Origin: Candidatus Tenebribacter davisii
GTDB lineage: Bacteria > Cloacimonadota > Cloacimonadia > Cloacimonadales > TCS61
NCBI GenBank assembly: GCA_030765535.1
Contig: JAVCCH010000025.1
Coordinates: 7,871 to 71,870 of the forward strand
DNA: 64,000 nt
Direction of reading: 5' to 3'
Made by a program: the position numbers and the translations under genes. The notes under the pieces were generated by a model that ran no database searches, was not told where the DNA came from, and saw nothing but the letters and a program-made list of their open reading frames with translations. Positions 49,501 through 59,028 of this stretch are shown in pieces. How positions within the stretch are numbered: position 1 is the stretch's first letter; the number at the start of each line of letters is the position of its first letter.

Positions 49501-52029
49501 AATTGCTATACCTTCATTTAAACTTCCACTCAGACCGTAATAAAGACCCTTATTAACTATATAGCAAATTTTCTTATTCTCTGGTAGTGTATAAGATTCC
49601 AATTCAGCAATATATTTACCCATTTCTTCAATTTTATTCAGTAATAGCATGGTCCGACACAAATTTATGAGTATTTCAATTCGTAGTTTACCGGTAATTA
49701 CCGTTTTTAATGCTTTCTTAAATCTATTTTCTGCCAGTGTCAATTTTTCTATCGTTAAATAGAATAGACCCATTATAATATGCTTTTCAGGGATATTGGG
49801 CATTTTTAATATATGTGATTTCAGCTCATCAGTTATTTGTTTTTCAGTTGCCCATTCGGATTTTTCTATTAAGAGCTGAAGATCGGAGATCAGGTTACAT
49901 TCTTTGATATCAACTTCAGGTGAGAAATCAAGAATAACTACTTTTACCATCTGTTCAAAAGAGATCTCATGCTGTCCTCTTCGAGTAAATAGTTCAACAG
50001 AAAGCAGCAGATACTTGCGAACTGCTTCAAAGTCATTAATAAATTTTGCATGCTCTATAATACCGTCTAGAACAGAGAATAGAGTAATTTGTTTATCAAC
50101 GAAATATTTTAATATTTTATTAGAGATGACCTTCTTTGTTCTATCAGGTAACTCTTGAGAAAAATGATCTTTTGCTTCTCTAAAAGTGAAATTGAAATAT
50201 TCATCAACTTTTTTAAGAAGCTCATTGTTTACACAATCTGATATGAAAAAGAAGAGTGTTTTATCATCAATATTCAATATTGTTTGGATTAAAGTACTTG
50301 ATAAAGGAGTTTCAATACACGCTATTTTTTTTAAATACTGATAACTTGATTTTGAAAGATGTTCAATGCGAAGATATACAGCATCCTGTAATTCTTTTGG
50401 CAGCTCATAATTATCCAGATCATAATCAAAATTGAATTTATTTGATTCTAAGATCAATCTTTTATTAGTTAGATCAATAAGTATCTGCTCAATAAACATT
50501 GGATTACCATTGGAACGCAACCATACTTTTTTAACAAAGTCAGCCGGTGGTATTTTCATTAATAATTTAGACATGTATATTTCAGTTTGATCGTATGTGA
50601 GCGCATCTATCGTCATTTGAGCTGGATGCATCAATCCTACTAATTTACGCGGATCATTAATACTAAGAATGATAAGGATCGGTCGCCTGGTTACCTCTTT
50701 TGATATATAATTTATAAATCGGAACACAACTTTGCTTAAGTGTTCTGCTTGCCTGATAATAAAGATTAGCGGCTTTTCTTCCGAAAGGTGATAAATAAAA
50801 TTTGATGCTGCTTTAAAATCCAGGTCAAGATCATTGCCTTTACTTATAAGTTCTTCTACAGAATTTTCTGAATCAAATAAATATTTATTCAAGGAAGGAG
50901 ATATTTTAGATAGATCTGATGCGATCTTTTTATTATTTTTTACAGCGTGATAAAATTCTTTTATTAAGGCAAAGAAAGGATCCTTGTCTGACTCACTGCA
51001 TGAATAGTCAAAAATATAATATTTATCAGTTAATAAATGATACCGAAATAGTGTTAATACATTGCTTTTTCCTAAACCCTTACCAGCAGAGAGAGAAATA
51101 ATTTTACCATTATCCTTACATACTATAGGTAGATAATCCAGCAATCTATGGGAATAATCTTCACGTACAATATAATCACTAAATTGGATATTGTTCACAA
51201 TTGATCTTTTTCTGGAAAAAGGATATTTTTTGGGTTGTATCTGGTTAATCTGGTCAATAATACTTTCTGCATCTTGAAACCTGTCATTAGGATCCTTTTC
51301 CAACAATTTCAAAATAATTTTTTCCAGATCTTTTGGAATATCAGCATTTAATTCTGTCGGGAATTTAGGAAATAAATTGAATTCATCCCCAGCAAGAATT
51401 GATGAAAGTTGTTCTATTGTATATGGCAATGTTCCAGTTGTGATCTTATATAACATTACTCCAAGTGAATAAAAATCACTTTGTGTAACAGCTTTATTTT
51501 CGGTAAATACTTCAGGGGCAATATAAGGCAGTGCATTCCCAATCCGCTGATCATTTCTTTCAATATCAATCTTCGTAAAACCATAATCCATTAATTTAAG
51601 AACCGGCTGATTTTTTCTGATCTTATAAACAACATTGTTGGGTTTCAAATCTTTGTGAATAACATTTTGACTATGAAGTGCACTTAAAGCATAACAAATT
51701 TGTACAATAATATCATAAAAAAAACCCTCATTAGTTTTTTTATATCGGAAAGAAGAAAGTGTTTTACCCTCGTAATATTCACATAAGTAATATATATGAT
51801 TTTCAAAATTGCCAAAATCATTAACCTGTATGAGATTTGGATGATGTAATTTGGTTATGTGATGCATGTTCTCAGCCGATAGTTTTTCATATAAGGTATC
51901 TGCATCAAGCGTTTGAAACAATTTAAGCACATATCTTTTTTGAGTTCTCAGATCAATTACTTTATATACTGTAGCCCAAACACCAGAACCCAATTTTTTT
52001 TCAACTTTGTATCGTGAGTCAATAATCAT
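46591..52029 (-). CDS. Hybrid Ser/Thr kinase - AAA/STAND ATPase - TPR - GAF - GAF - histidine kinase (1812 aa)
   Basis: Kinase motifs GSGVWATV, VLK, HKDLKPNN, DYG, YIAPE, DFYSLG; P-loop GKGLGKS; TPRs; two GAF-like segments; H-box 'VSHELKTPL'; HATPase 'NAIRF..DNGIGI..GLGLGL'. Confidence 0.88.
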   Translation of the reverse strand: MIIDSRYKVEKKLGSGVWATVYKVIDLRTQKRYVLKLFQTLDADTLYEKLSAENMHHITKLHHPNLIQVNDFGNFENHIYYLCEYYEGKTLSSFRYKKTNEGFFYDIIVQICYALSALHSQNVIHKDLKPNNVVYKIRKNQPVLKLMDYGFTKIDIERNDQRIGNALPYIAPEVFTENKAVTQSDFYSLGVMLYKITTGTLPYTIEQLSSILAGDEFNLFPKFPTELNADIPKDLEKIILKLLEKDPNDRFQDAESIIDQINQIQPKKYPFSRKRSIVNNIQFSDYIVREDYSHRLLDYLPIVCKDNGKIISLSAGKGLGKSNVLTLFRYHLLTDKYYIFDYSCSESDKDPFFALIKEFYHAVKNNKKIASDLSKISPSLNKYLFDSENSVEELISKGNDLDLDFKAASNFIYHLSEEKPLIFIIRQAEHLSKVVFRFINYISKEVTRRPILIILSINDPRKLVGLMHPAQMTIDALTYDQTEIYMSKLLMKIPPADFVKKVWLRSNGNPMFIEQILIDLTNKRLILESNKFNFDYDLDNYELPKELQDAVYLRIEHLSKSSYQYLKKIACIETPLSSTLIQTILNIDDKTLFFFISDCVNNELLKKVDEYFNFTFREAKDHFSQELPDRTKKVISNKILKYFVDKQITLFSVLDGIIEHAKFINDFEAVRKYLLLSVELFTRRGQHEISFEQMVKVVILDFSPEVDIKECNLISDLQLLIEKSEWATEKQITDELKSHILKMPNIPEKHIIMGLFYLTIEKLTLAENRFKKALKTVITGKLRIEILINLCRTMLLLNKIEEMGKYIAELESYTLPENKKICYIVNKGLYYGLSGSLNEGIAIMEDYLQDVKTQNNPNYFIKLGRLHNSLGVLYRHKKVLDEADKNFEIAKKIWERISYKRQLVAVYNNIGDVALTKGNTNKAFIYFRKAKNISEQINAKRYGVLVLLNQGEAHIKLGNFKIAENFLKEAYTYSKKLETKPFYNSIINNLAISKSKKKNFYYYYKFIKEHVPNLIRGEMYKVTPLTKTFFYYLYEIGDYELIEQMLKKNEDVFFENHEHEFYFQMLGFLKIIKTDFSGGLKIIDKAFTYSKQNSSDYAQTINYIHLSECYAGLGNIQKAISACERAEELCEKNNFKYWETVLEIKKVRIQLLDGNLNLRVILRNLLNLISYVQKNELFLLETEIYGLIVQIYSYLNLKRKATLLFDKYKQSVQENIKNLPKHDKELYFRKTKYYLKNYSGFKTVKIEPRFTESSEKWQEELYDILKLKNTPRMKFFIDKTITKLLAPYYYAIILKDEMDNHKDPFLKLNIKSEYLFSSKIDSYMKESLIKNEIISRKIDRSHVLFVPLKIKTAEVGCLILADQGEVTFQDEEIQIVKILKLHLTSILIRINEFVTLNKDMELMSKLIDTTRKFFAILQLDKLEQEIVTFTLDFTNSTRGFFIKKDQYENYTYKVAMDDSKQIVRDYVYVSKSILSEVQRIKQPIYVSNAKEENLFSNTNDIDSAVLSIYCAPLIVDSKIYGFLYFDNLNAEKDEMQINSNFLKLILTQISTAIKNAQQYELLTKTNKEISSLDDLKKDFINIVSHELKTPLVAIHGYVKMLKKIKLQKKEKEIINTLSSSTDKLETTINDIINFNKYQMYNKLQKAKVNIIDLLSELKEEGENISKNRNMIFKLNVESSLQPVNINWNAFYLMMFNIVHNAIRFTRDFGTITIGARHSAFQQEEINGKDSLIIYVNDNGIGIPENEQEKIFQKFYELTDIISHSSGDTEFHSSGLGLGLSTAKLIANLHNGRIWVNSKENEGTTVFVVVPFK

Positions 52030-52133
52030 TAATCTCTCCTTCTACGTTTTACCTTATTAATTAGTTTATATTCGTTGTCAAGAAAGTGATAATGAAATTT
52101 GATATTATTATTAATTAGAAATTATTGAGTTAC

Positions 52134-52163
52134 AAAAAAAAGGCGATGCATCTACATCGCCTT
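52134..52163 (-). terminator. Intrinsic terminator after mrp
   Basis: Stem AAGGCGATG/CATCGCCTT with an A-run that gives a U-tract on the minus strand. Confidence 0.88.
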
Positions 52164-52180
52164 ATCATATTTGTTAGTAT

Positions 52181-53014
52181 TCAATTTAATTTGGAAGAAA
52201 TCTTAGATACAATTTTTTGGAATTCTTTGGCAGATGTGCTAGTATTATTATCTTTTAGAAAAGCTTTCCCTGTATCTCCAGATTTTACTATGTTAACATC
52301 AATTGGAATGCTGCCTAAAACATCTATATTGAAATCTTTAGCAGCTTTTTCAATTCCAAGACCTGAGAAAATATCTGTCTTCTTACCACAATGAGGGCAG
52401 ACAAATGTACTCATATTCTCAATAATTCCTAAAATTGGAACATTCATTTTTTGCGAGAATTTTATAGTTTTTCTTGCATCTAACAACGCAATATCCTGCG
52501 GAGTTGATACTATAATAGAACCATCAACATTCTTTAAAATTTGAACAACACTTAATGGCTCATCACCAGTACCTGGGGGAGAATCAACAATTAAGTAATC
52601 AAGCTCAGGCCATCTAATATCCTGCATGAATTGCTTTATTACACCCATTTTCATAGGTCCTCTCCAAATGATCGGATCATCAGGATTCCCAACTAAAGTT
52701 GCAATAGTTAATGCATATAGATTTTCCATAACTTTAATAGGCTCAGGAAACTCTTCATTTGCATTCATCTGTAGTTTTTCTCCTTCTATTCCCAACATTT
52801 TTGCTATGGAAGGACCATGAATATCTACATCAAGGATTCCAACTTTATTTCCCTGTAAAGCGAGTCCATAAGCAACATTTACAGCTACAGTGCTTTTCCC
52901 TACTCCGCCTTTACCACTTATCACGATCAGCTTATGTCTGATCCTGTCCAAGTTTGCTTCAATGCGTATTTCTTCTTTTGTTTGTTCTGGTTTTTTGATA
53001 TCTACCGGTTCCAT
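52181..53014 (-). CDS. mrp: Mrp/ApbC/NBP35 Fe-S cluster carrier ATPase
   Basis: 'SGKGGVGKST', 'DVDIHGPS', 'WRGP', 'DSPPGTGD' and 'ENMSTFVCPHCG'; start at 53014 after GGAGG. Confidence 0.93.
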   Translation of the reverse strand: MEPVDIKKPEQTKEEIRIEANLDRIRHKLIVISGKGGVGKSTVAVNVAYGLALQGNKVGILDVDIHGPSIAKMLGIEGEKLQMNANEEFPEPIKVMENLYALTIATLVGNPDDPIIWRGPMKMGVIKQFMQDIRWPELDYLIVDSPPGTGDEPLSVVQILKNVDGSIIVSTPQDIALLDARKTIKFSQKMNVPILGIIENMSTFVCPHCGKKTDIFSGLGIEKAAKDFNIDVLGSIPIDVNIVKSGDTGKAFLKDNNTSTSAKEFQKIVSKISSKLN

Positions 53015-53210
53015 ATTTCCTCCATATCTTACCATGACATTATAAGATATTATTTTTATTAATGGCAAATAATTATTTTCAATTTTATTGTCTATCAAAT
53101 TGTAATAGTTTATATTATCAAAATTGAAATGTAGAAACAAAAAAATCATTGACTAATTGAACCATTCTGAAATAGGAAAAAGTAAATTAAATAAAAAAAG
53201 GAGAGAAATA

Positions 53211-53924
53211 ATGAAAGCTGTCATTTTGGCTGCAGGTATGGGTAGCAGATTACAAAAAGTTTCCGGAGGATTACCAAAAAGCATGATCAAGATCGGTAAA
53301 AGTTCAATAATACATCACCAGCTTGAAAGTTGCTTGAAGGTTAATATTATTGAATTTGTGATCGTGCTAGGTTATAAAATGGAACAACTTAAGACCCACA
53401 TTTTAGAAAAGATCAGTAGCGAACAAGTTACATTTATTGAGAATCCAATTTATGATACAACTAATACACTTTATTCTTTATGGCTTACCCATGAACTCTT
53501 AAATGATGATTTTATCTATTTCAATGCTGATGTCCTCTTTCAAAGTGACCTTTTGAAAAAAATATCAAATGATTCACAATATTCACAGCTATTATTAGAA
53601 ACTAAATCCTGTGCAGAAGAAGAAGTTAAAATGATTATTGATGATGATATGCGAATTCAGCAAATAAGTAAACAACTTCCAATTGCGAAATGTGCAGGTG
53701 AGTTTATTGGTATTGGTAAATTCAACAAAAACATTCTCGAAAAATTTGTACATTATCTCCAATTTGGCGTAGATAATGGACAATCCAACAATTACTTTGA
53801 ATATGCAGTTGATCTTCTAGCTAAAGATAAGGTATTGAAAGCAGTTCCTACAAATGGAATTTCCTGTATTGAAATTGATTTCCCTGAAGATCTGGTAAAA
53901 GCAAAGGAGATGTTCTCTCTTTAA
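53211..53924 (+). CDS. Phosphocholine cytidylyltransferase (LicC)-like NTP transferase
   Basis: 'KAVILAAGMGSRL...PKSM', 'NTLYSL', 'YFNADV', 'GEFIGI' and 'EIDFPEDL'. Confidence 0.8.
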   Translation: MKAVILAAGMGSRLQKVSGGLPKSMIKIGKSSIIHHQLESCLKVNIIEFVIVLGYKMEQLKTHILEKISSEQVTFIENPIYDTTNTLYSLWLTHELLNDDFIYFNADVLFQSDLLKKISNDSQYSQLLLETKSCAEEEVKMIIDDDMRIQQISKQLPIAKCAGEFIGIGKFNKNILEKFVHYLQFGVDNGQSNNYFEYAVDLLAKDKVLKAVPTNGISCIEIDFPEDLVKAKEMFSL

Positions 53925-53939
53925 CGGTAAGGCAACTTA

Positions 53940-55604
53940 ATGAAAAATCTTTTACTCGTTGGGATCAATGCACGATATACACATTTAAATCTGGCAATTC
54001 GATACCTCAGAAATTATGTAAAAGATCTCAATTATACAACAAAAATTTTAGAATTTTCTATTAACCAGAACATACTTGAAATTCTGGAATATATAGTAAA
54101 AGAGCAACCTAATATTATAGCTTTTTCTGTATATATCTGGAACACTGAGAAAGTTCGTTTGCTATTGCCGGAACTTAAGAAGCTGCTGCCGGAAAGTAAA
54201 GTAATAATGGGTGGCCCAGAAGTAAGTTATGATCCACATAATTGGCTGAAAGAATTTCCAGAAATTGACTTCATAATTTGCGGAGCTGGCGAATCCGGCT
54301 TAAGATCAATTTTAGAGAATAATTTGAATATTTCAGAAAGGGTAATCAAAAAGAAAAATCCACACTTCTCAGAAATCCCTTTTCCCTACTTAGCAGCAGA
54401 TTTTCCTGAGATCAATGATAAATATATATATTATGAATCAAGTAGAGGTTGTTCATTTAAATGCAGTTATTGCCTATCTTCCCGATTAGATCAAGCTTTG
54501 GAATTTCGTGATACCGCCACTGTAAAAGAAGAACTATTATTTTTGATAAAACAGAAACCCAGGATATTAAAATTTGTTGATCGCACTTTCAATGCTAATA
54601 AAAAACATGCTCGTGATATTTGGAATTTTCTGATTGATCTTGCTCCAGATATGACATTTCATTTTGAGATCTATCCAGAATTACTTGAAGATAAAGATCT
54701 GCAGATCTTAAAGAATAGTCCAAAAGGATTATTCCAATTTGAGTTAGGTATTCAATCTACTAATCCTGATACGTTAAAAGCTATTCACAGAGCCAATAAC
54801 TGGCAAAAGACTACTGACATTATTAAGAGGCTTATCTCCTTAGAGAACATCCATATTCACGTTGATATGATAGCTGGCTTACCATATGAAGATATAATAA
54901 GCTTTGAGAGATCATTCAATGATATCTTCAAGCTGCAGGCAGATAATTTTCAACTCGGTTTTCTTAAAGTTCTGCAGGGTACAGAAATGGCAGAAAATGC
55001 AGATAATTTTGGTATAGTTGCTACAAAAATTAGTCCCTATATTATTCTGAAGAGTAACTGGTTGTCTTTTACTGAACTGAATAAAATTCATAAGATAGAA
55101 ACCTTGTTAAATGAATTCTCCAACTCAAACAAATTTAATACGACTCTAAAACATCTCATCCTTAAATATGATTCTCCCTACATGTTTTTCAAGCAGTTCT
55201 TAACTTTTCTGCAAATAAGAAAATTTGATCTGCAGACAAAGAACTGGCAGAAAAAAGCTGAAAAATTAGTAGATTTCATTAATACTGATTTTCCGAAAAG
55301 CAAAGAATTCTTTTTTGATTGTTTAAGATGGGATTGGTGTTTACAGGCTAGATCTCATTATTATCCGGAATTTATTAAAAACGATGTAAATTATAAAGCA
55401 AAACAAATCGGCTATGAGTATTTAAGTTCTTTAAAATTGAAAGATAAAATAAAATTGAATAGTATTGAGCTATCTGTTTCAGATATTAAGAAAGTAATAT
55501 ATTTCATACCAGTTACAGATAGATTTAAACAGGAACATTTACCAACTTCTAATATCGCAGCATTTTTACATGGCAAACAATTAGCAATATCACAGATAAA
55601 TTAA
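53940..55604 (+). CDS. B12-binding radical SAM protein (DUF4080-type C-terminus)
   Basis: N-terminal B12-binding domain ('FSVYIWN', 'GGPEVS'), CxxxCxxC 'RGCSFKCSYCLS', and 'DMIAGLPYE'. Confidence 0.88.
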   Translation: MKNLLLVGINARYTHLNLAIRYLRNYVKDLNYTTKILEFSINQNILEILEYIVKEQPNIIAFSVYIWNTEKVRLLLPELKKLLPESKVIMGGPEVSYDPHNWLKEFPEIDFIICGAGESGLRSILENNLNISERVIKKKNPHFSEIPFPYLAADFPEINDKYIYYESSRGCSFKCSYCLSSRLDQALEFRDTATVKEELLFLIKQKPRILKFVDRTFNANKKHARDIWNFLIDLAPDMTFHFEIYPELLEDKDLQILKNSPKGLFQFELGIQSTNPDTLKAIHRANNWQKTTDIIKRLISLENIHIHVDMIAGLPYEDIISFERSFNDIFKLQADNFQLGFLKVLQGTEMAENADNFGIVATKISPYIILKSNWLSFTELNKIHKIETLLNEFSNSNKFNTTLKHLILKYDSPYMFFKQFLTFLQIRKFDLQTKNWQKKAEKLVDFINTDFPKSKEFFFDCLRWDWCLQARSHYYPEFIKNDVNYKAKQIGYEYLSSLKLKDKIKLNSIELSVSDIKKVIYFIPVTDRFKQEHLPTSNIAAFLHGKQLAISQIN

Positions 55605-55630
55605 AAAACATAAACTATCTTAATTTCTTT

Positions 55631-55665
55631 AAAACAAAAAACCCTCCAGCATTTGCCGAAGGGTT
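55631..55665 (-). terminator. Intrinsic terminator of the secreted CTD protein gene
   Basis: Minus-strand stem AACCCTTCGGCA/TGCTGGAGGGTT with two G-U pairs, followed by TTTTGTTTT. Confidence 0.8.
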
Positions 55666-55688
55666 AATTTATTACTTTATCGTTAATT

Positions 55689-57686
55689 TTATTTCATCAA
55701 AAGCATTCGTCTGGAATATTCCGTTTTGTTTGTTTTCAAACGGTAGAGATAAACTCCAGTTGCCACACTTTTCCCGCTGGCATCAGTTCCATCCCAATAT
55801 GCAGATTGAACCATGTCCGCTTCTGCTATTCCATCATAGATAGTTTTGATCCTCTGACCTTTAAGATTATAAATGGTCAGACGAACAGGACTGGTCTCAT
55901 TGAGAGCAAAGTTGATGCGGGTATCCGGATTAAACGGATTAGGATAATTTTGTTTTAAGCCATAATCATCAGGTGCTGCAGGAGTACCGGTATTACCGCT
56001 TCCTTCCGGAATAAACAGGGAAACCGGTCCTATTATATCTGCTTCACCATCGGCATCAATACATTCCAGCCAGTAATAGTAATTCAGGTTTTCCAATACA
56101 GGATAATTATCTATATATGTATAATCTGTAGGTTCTGTAACAGTACCCTGACCCAGGATTACATCACCATAATTTAATTGTATTGCTTGTCCCATATTCT
56201 GGGATACAGCTCTGTATATATTCCAATAAGCATTATTTGTCTCAGTTTCAGTTGTCCAGTTTATTACCGGTTGACTTGAAAGATTAACAGTAAAACTGGT
56301 TAAAGTTACAGGTAGTGGATGTGTACTTCCCGTAATGGGGAATGTACCTATTATCGAAGTTGATGCTGTAATCCATCCATTTGTATTTATCGAAGCTCCT
56401 ATTTCATCAATTCCAGTAGCTGTAGCAGAAACATCAACAGTCAAGAAATAGTATGCGCCGGTAGAAGTAATTTCTTCATCCGGGCTAAAATCAGGGATAA
56501 AATGATCTATGTTAGTTGTTTCTGTTATCAGCATGACATCCGTGGGAGTTCCATCGAAATTATCATCTGAAGATCTCCAAATTTTTAAATTCACAATATC
56601 ACTAGTGCCAAATTCGCCAGTAAGATCGAATTCAATTTTATCTACCGTTGGATTAAGGCCAGTGCCACTTTTTTGTAAATGAATCCAGAAAAAAGCATTG
56701 TTGGTAGATGGTGAACCAAAGCTGGTTCCTGCATTATAATCTCCACCAGATGCTTGTATAATGACAGCATTATATGTTATATTTGTATGTAAATCACTTG
56801 CTACAGTATTTTCTGCAAGATCCTGATATTCTATCATAATTGTATACTCTGCACCATCTGCTAAATAGTCATTGCTAGTGAGAGATGTTACATATGTCGT
56901 ACCATCAAGATCAGCAGCTTTAAAAGGAATTGTTAAATTTGTTCCGGAAACTTCACTAGCTACTTCTAATCTATGAGGAGCATTAATATCAGTTATTGGA
57001 TCATCTGTATTAGTGAATGTTATTATTACTGAACCTTCTAAAGCAGTTTCAGGTTGATCATATTGTATTGTAAATGAATCAGCAATAATTGAATAAGATA
57101 CTGGTAGATCTAAGATTGGTGCTTCAGTGGATGGGTCAAGAATAAATTCCATATATGTGTAATAGCCGGTGGGAGCATCATTAACAGCGGTAAAACTGCT
57201 AAAATCTTTTCCTGAAGTGTTCAAATCTCCATAAAAAGGAGGACTAAAGCCATCGGGTGCTTTTAGACCAAAAAAGATTTGATAGTATGTAATTATATTG
57301 CCACCAGTTGGTGCAGAAGGTAATATAAAATCAAAAGATCCATTACCTGTTCCACTGCTTCCACTAGACAAAAAGTTGCTTACAGAAATCCCATCATCAA
57401 AAGATTCGTAACTTGCGCTTGACCAGCTAGATCCTGAATACCATAAAACCACAATCTCATCATCTAGATTTCCTGATCCTGTATTATTATAAACATGATT
57501 TGGATTATCAACATCAGTGTAACTATAATCAAATGAAACTGAGATTGTTTCGCCTATTATTCCTTCGTAATCACTACTACCACCAGAACCCCTTAGTCCC
57601 ATTTTTGTAAATGAAATATCATCTTGCCCAAAAGCTAAAGAACTTAAAACTAAAACTATAAATAAAACCAATAAATATTTCTTCAT
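55689..57686 (-). CDS. Secreted acidic multi-beta-sandwich protein with an 'LPVTLTSF' linker domain and a FlgD/T9SS-like CTD
   Basis: Signal peptide; 'PLPVTLTSF...WTTETETNNAYWNIYR'; CTD 'QNYPNPFNPDTRINF...WDGTD...TGVYLYRL...RRMLLMK'. Confidence 0.8.
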   Translation of the reverse strand: MKKYLLVLFIVLVLSSLAFGQDDISFTKMGLRGSGGSSDYEGIIGETISVSFDYSYTDVDNPNHVYNNTGSGNLDDEIVVLWYSGSSWSSASYESFDDGISVSNFLSSGSSGTGNGSFDFILPSAPTGGNIITYYQIFFGLKAPDGFSPPFYGDLNTSGKDFSSFTAVNDAPTGYYTYMEFILDPSTEAPILDLPVSYSIIADSFTIQYDQPETALEGSVIITFTNTDDPITDINAPHRLEVASEVSGTNLTIPFKAADLDGTTYVTSLTSNDYLADGAEYTIMIEYQDLAENTVASDLHTNITYNAVIIQASGGDYNAGTSFGSPSTNNAFFWIHLQKSGTGLNPTVDKIEFDLTGEFGTSDIVNLKIWRSSDDNFDGTPTDVMLITETTNIDHFIPDFSPDEEITSTGAYYFLTVDVSATATGIDEIGASINTNGWITASTSIIGTFPITGSTHPLPVTLTSFTVNLSSQPVINWTTETETNNAYWNIYRAVSQNMGQAIQLNYGDVILGQGTVTEPTDYTYIDNYPVLENLNYYYWLECIDADGEADIIGPVSLFIPEGSGNTGTPAAPDDYGLKQNYPNPFNPDTRINFALNETSPVRLTIYNLKGQRIKTIYDGIAEADMVQSAYWDGTDASGKSVATGVYLYRLKTNKTEYSRRMLLMK

Positions 57687-57987
57687 ATTTCCTCCTAATT
57701 TAGGAATATGCAATTTTTCTTTTTTATGTACATGTGTATAAATAATTAATCCGATTCTACTGTCAATCTAAAATTTTCTTTCTATAAAGACCTAAGTTAT
57801 TCTATTATGCAATATTTAATCCATATTTGTTATTTTTTCCTTAAATAAGCATAGTTTAGTACGTAATAACTTAATACGAAATACATTATACTGATAATAG
57901 ATTATAAGTCCTTATCCTATAAGCTTCATATTTACATTGTAATATGACATAAATTGGGTATTTTCTGACATAAATGTCGTGAAATCA

Positions 57988-59028
57988 TTACAGAGAATAT
58001 GTAATTGTTAATCCTGTTTCATGTAAGTCATATTCTTTATCAACAACAACATTTGAGTAAGGAGAGCTTGTATCTCTTAACTTATATTCATAAAAATATT
58101 TTAGAGAAAGATTTTTTGATATTTTGTAATTAACATCCGAGTTAAAAGCTGCAATCACATCTTCCCTGCCATAATGATATTCATCCAGTTCATTATCAGA
58201 TTGGAAGAATGTATGTTCAACTTTTGTTCCAAGTTTTAGAGTAACCGGTGATGAAGAGATTGATATAACTTCCGGAAATAACAATGAGAGTTCAAAGATA
58301 TCAGATATATAAGATCCATCTTTTATAATAGTAACTAATTCAGGATCTTCAAATGCATCACCTGCCTGTGCCTTTGATATTTTATAGGAGTAATCAGCCT
58401 TTACTCTCAGCCACACTGAGGGAGTTATACCTATACCAATTTCATTTTCAAAGTTATCAGCATCATACTCTGTGAAATATTTATTATAAAAAAGCTGAGA
58501 TAAACTAAATTTATAATTGAATTGATATTTTGAATTCAGGCTGTAGTTAATTTTAGCAAGATAATTATTTTTTGAATAGGAAAAATCACGGAAAATATTT
58601 TCATCATCTAAAACACTGTCATATCTATTCACGAAAGTTTCAGGATAAAAATAGTAATAAAATCCAAAATTAAGTTTTTTACTGAGATACTGTTTTAAGG
58701 CAAATTCGAAATAGTAATTATCCGCAAAATCATTATTAAGTAATTTATTGTATTTTACAGCAAACCGGTTTATCTGAGTATGACCTGCCAGGAGTTTATG
58801 TTTCAAATTTAATTCAACTTTGGCAGAAGTGATGAGATCATCTGATGTTTCCAGAAGGAACTTATCGGGTTCATTTCCACTTTCAAACCTTTTCAGATCA
58901 TTTTCTGACAGACTGAGGATATTGCTGTTATATGTTGTCTCTACTGATATACCGGGATTAAATGTAAAATTCTTAGCAACCAGTGAGGTAGTAAGTAAAA
59001 TTAAGATAATTATAATATATTTTTTCAT
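57988..59028 (-). CDS. Predicted outer-membrane beta-barrel, last gene of the pgs operon
   Basis: Signal peptide, alternating amphipathic strands, C-terminus 'HETGLTITYSL'; ATGA coupling to the upstream gene. Confidence 0.6.
   Translation of the reverse strand: MKKYIIIILILLTTSLVAKNFTFNPGISVETTYNSNILSLSENDLKRFESGNEPDKFLLETSDDLITSAKVELNLKHKLLAGHTQINRFAVKYNKLLNNDFADNYYFEFALKQYLSKKLNFGFYYYFYPETFVNRYDSVLDDENIFRDFSYSKNNYLAKINYSLNSKYQFNYKFSLSQLFYNKYFTEYDADNFENEIGIGITPSVWLRVKADYSYKISKAQAGDAFEDPELVTIIKDGSYISDIFELSLLFPEVISISSSPVTLKLGTKVEHTFFQSDNELDEYHYGREDVIAAFNSDVNYKISKNLSLKYFYEYKLRDTSSPYSNVVVDKEYDLHETGLTITYSL

Noticed and set aside
31516-52029. Idea that the ECF is activated by the giant Ser/Thr kinase (ECF43/EcfP-like)
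   Set aside because: The genes are ~14 kb apart in separate operons, and the ECF keeps acidic residues in its DAED-equivalent (DLAND).
1525-57770. Many intergenic TTGACA/TTGACG boxes as sigma70 promoters
   Set aside because: Plausible -35 elements, but I could not pair them consistently with a -10 at 16-18 nt, so they are not called individually.
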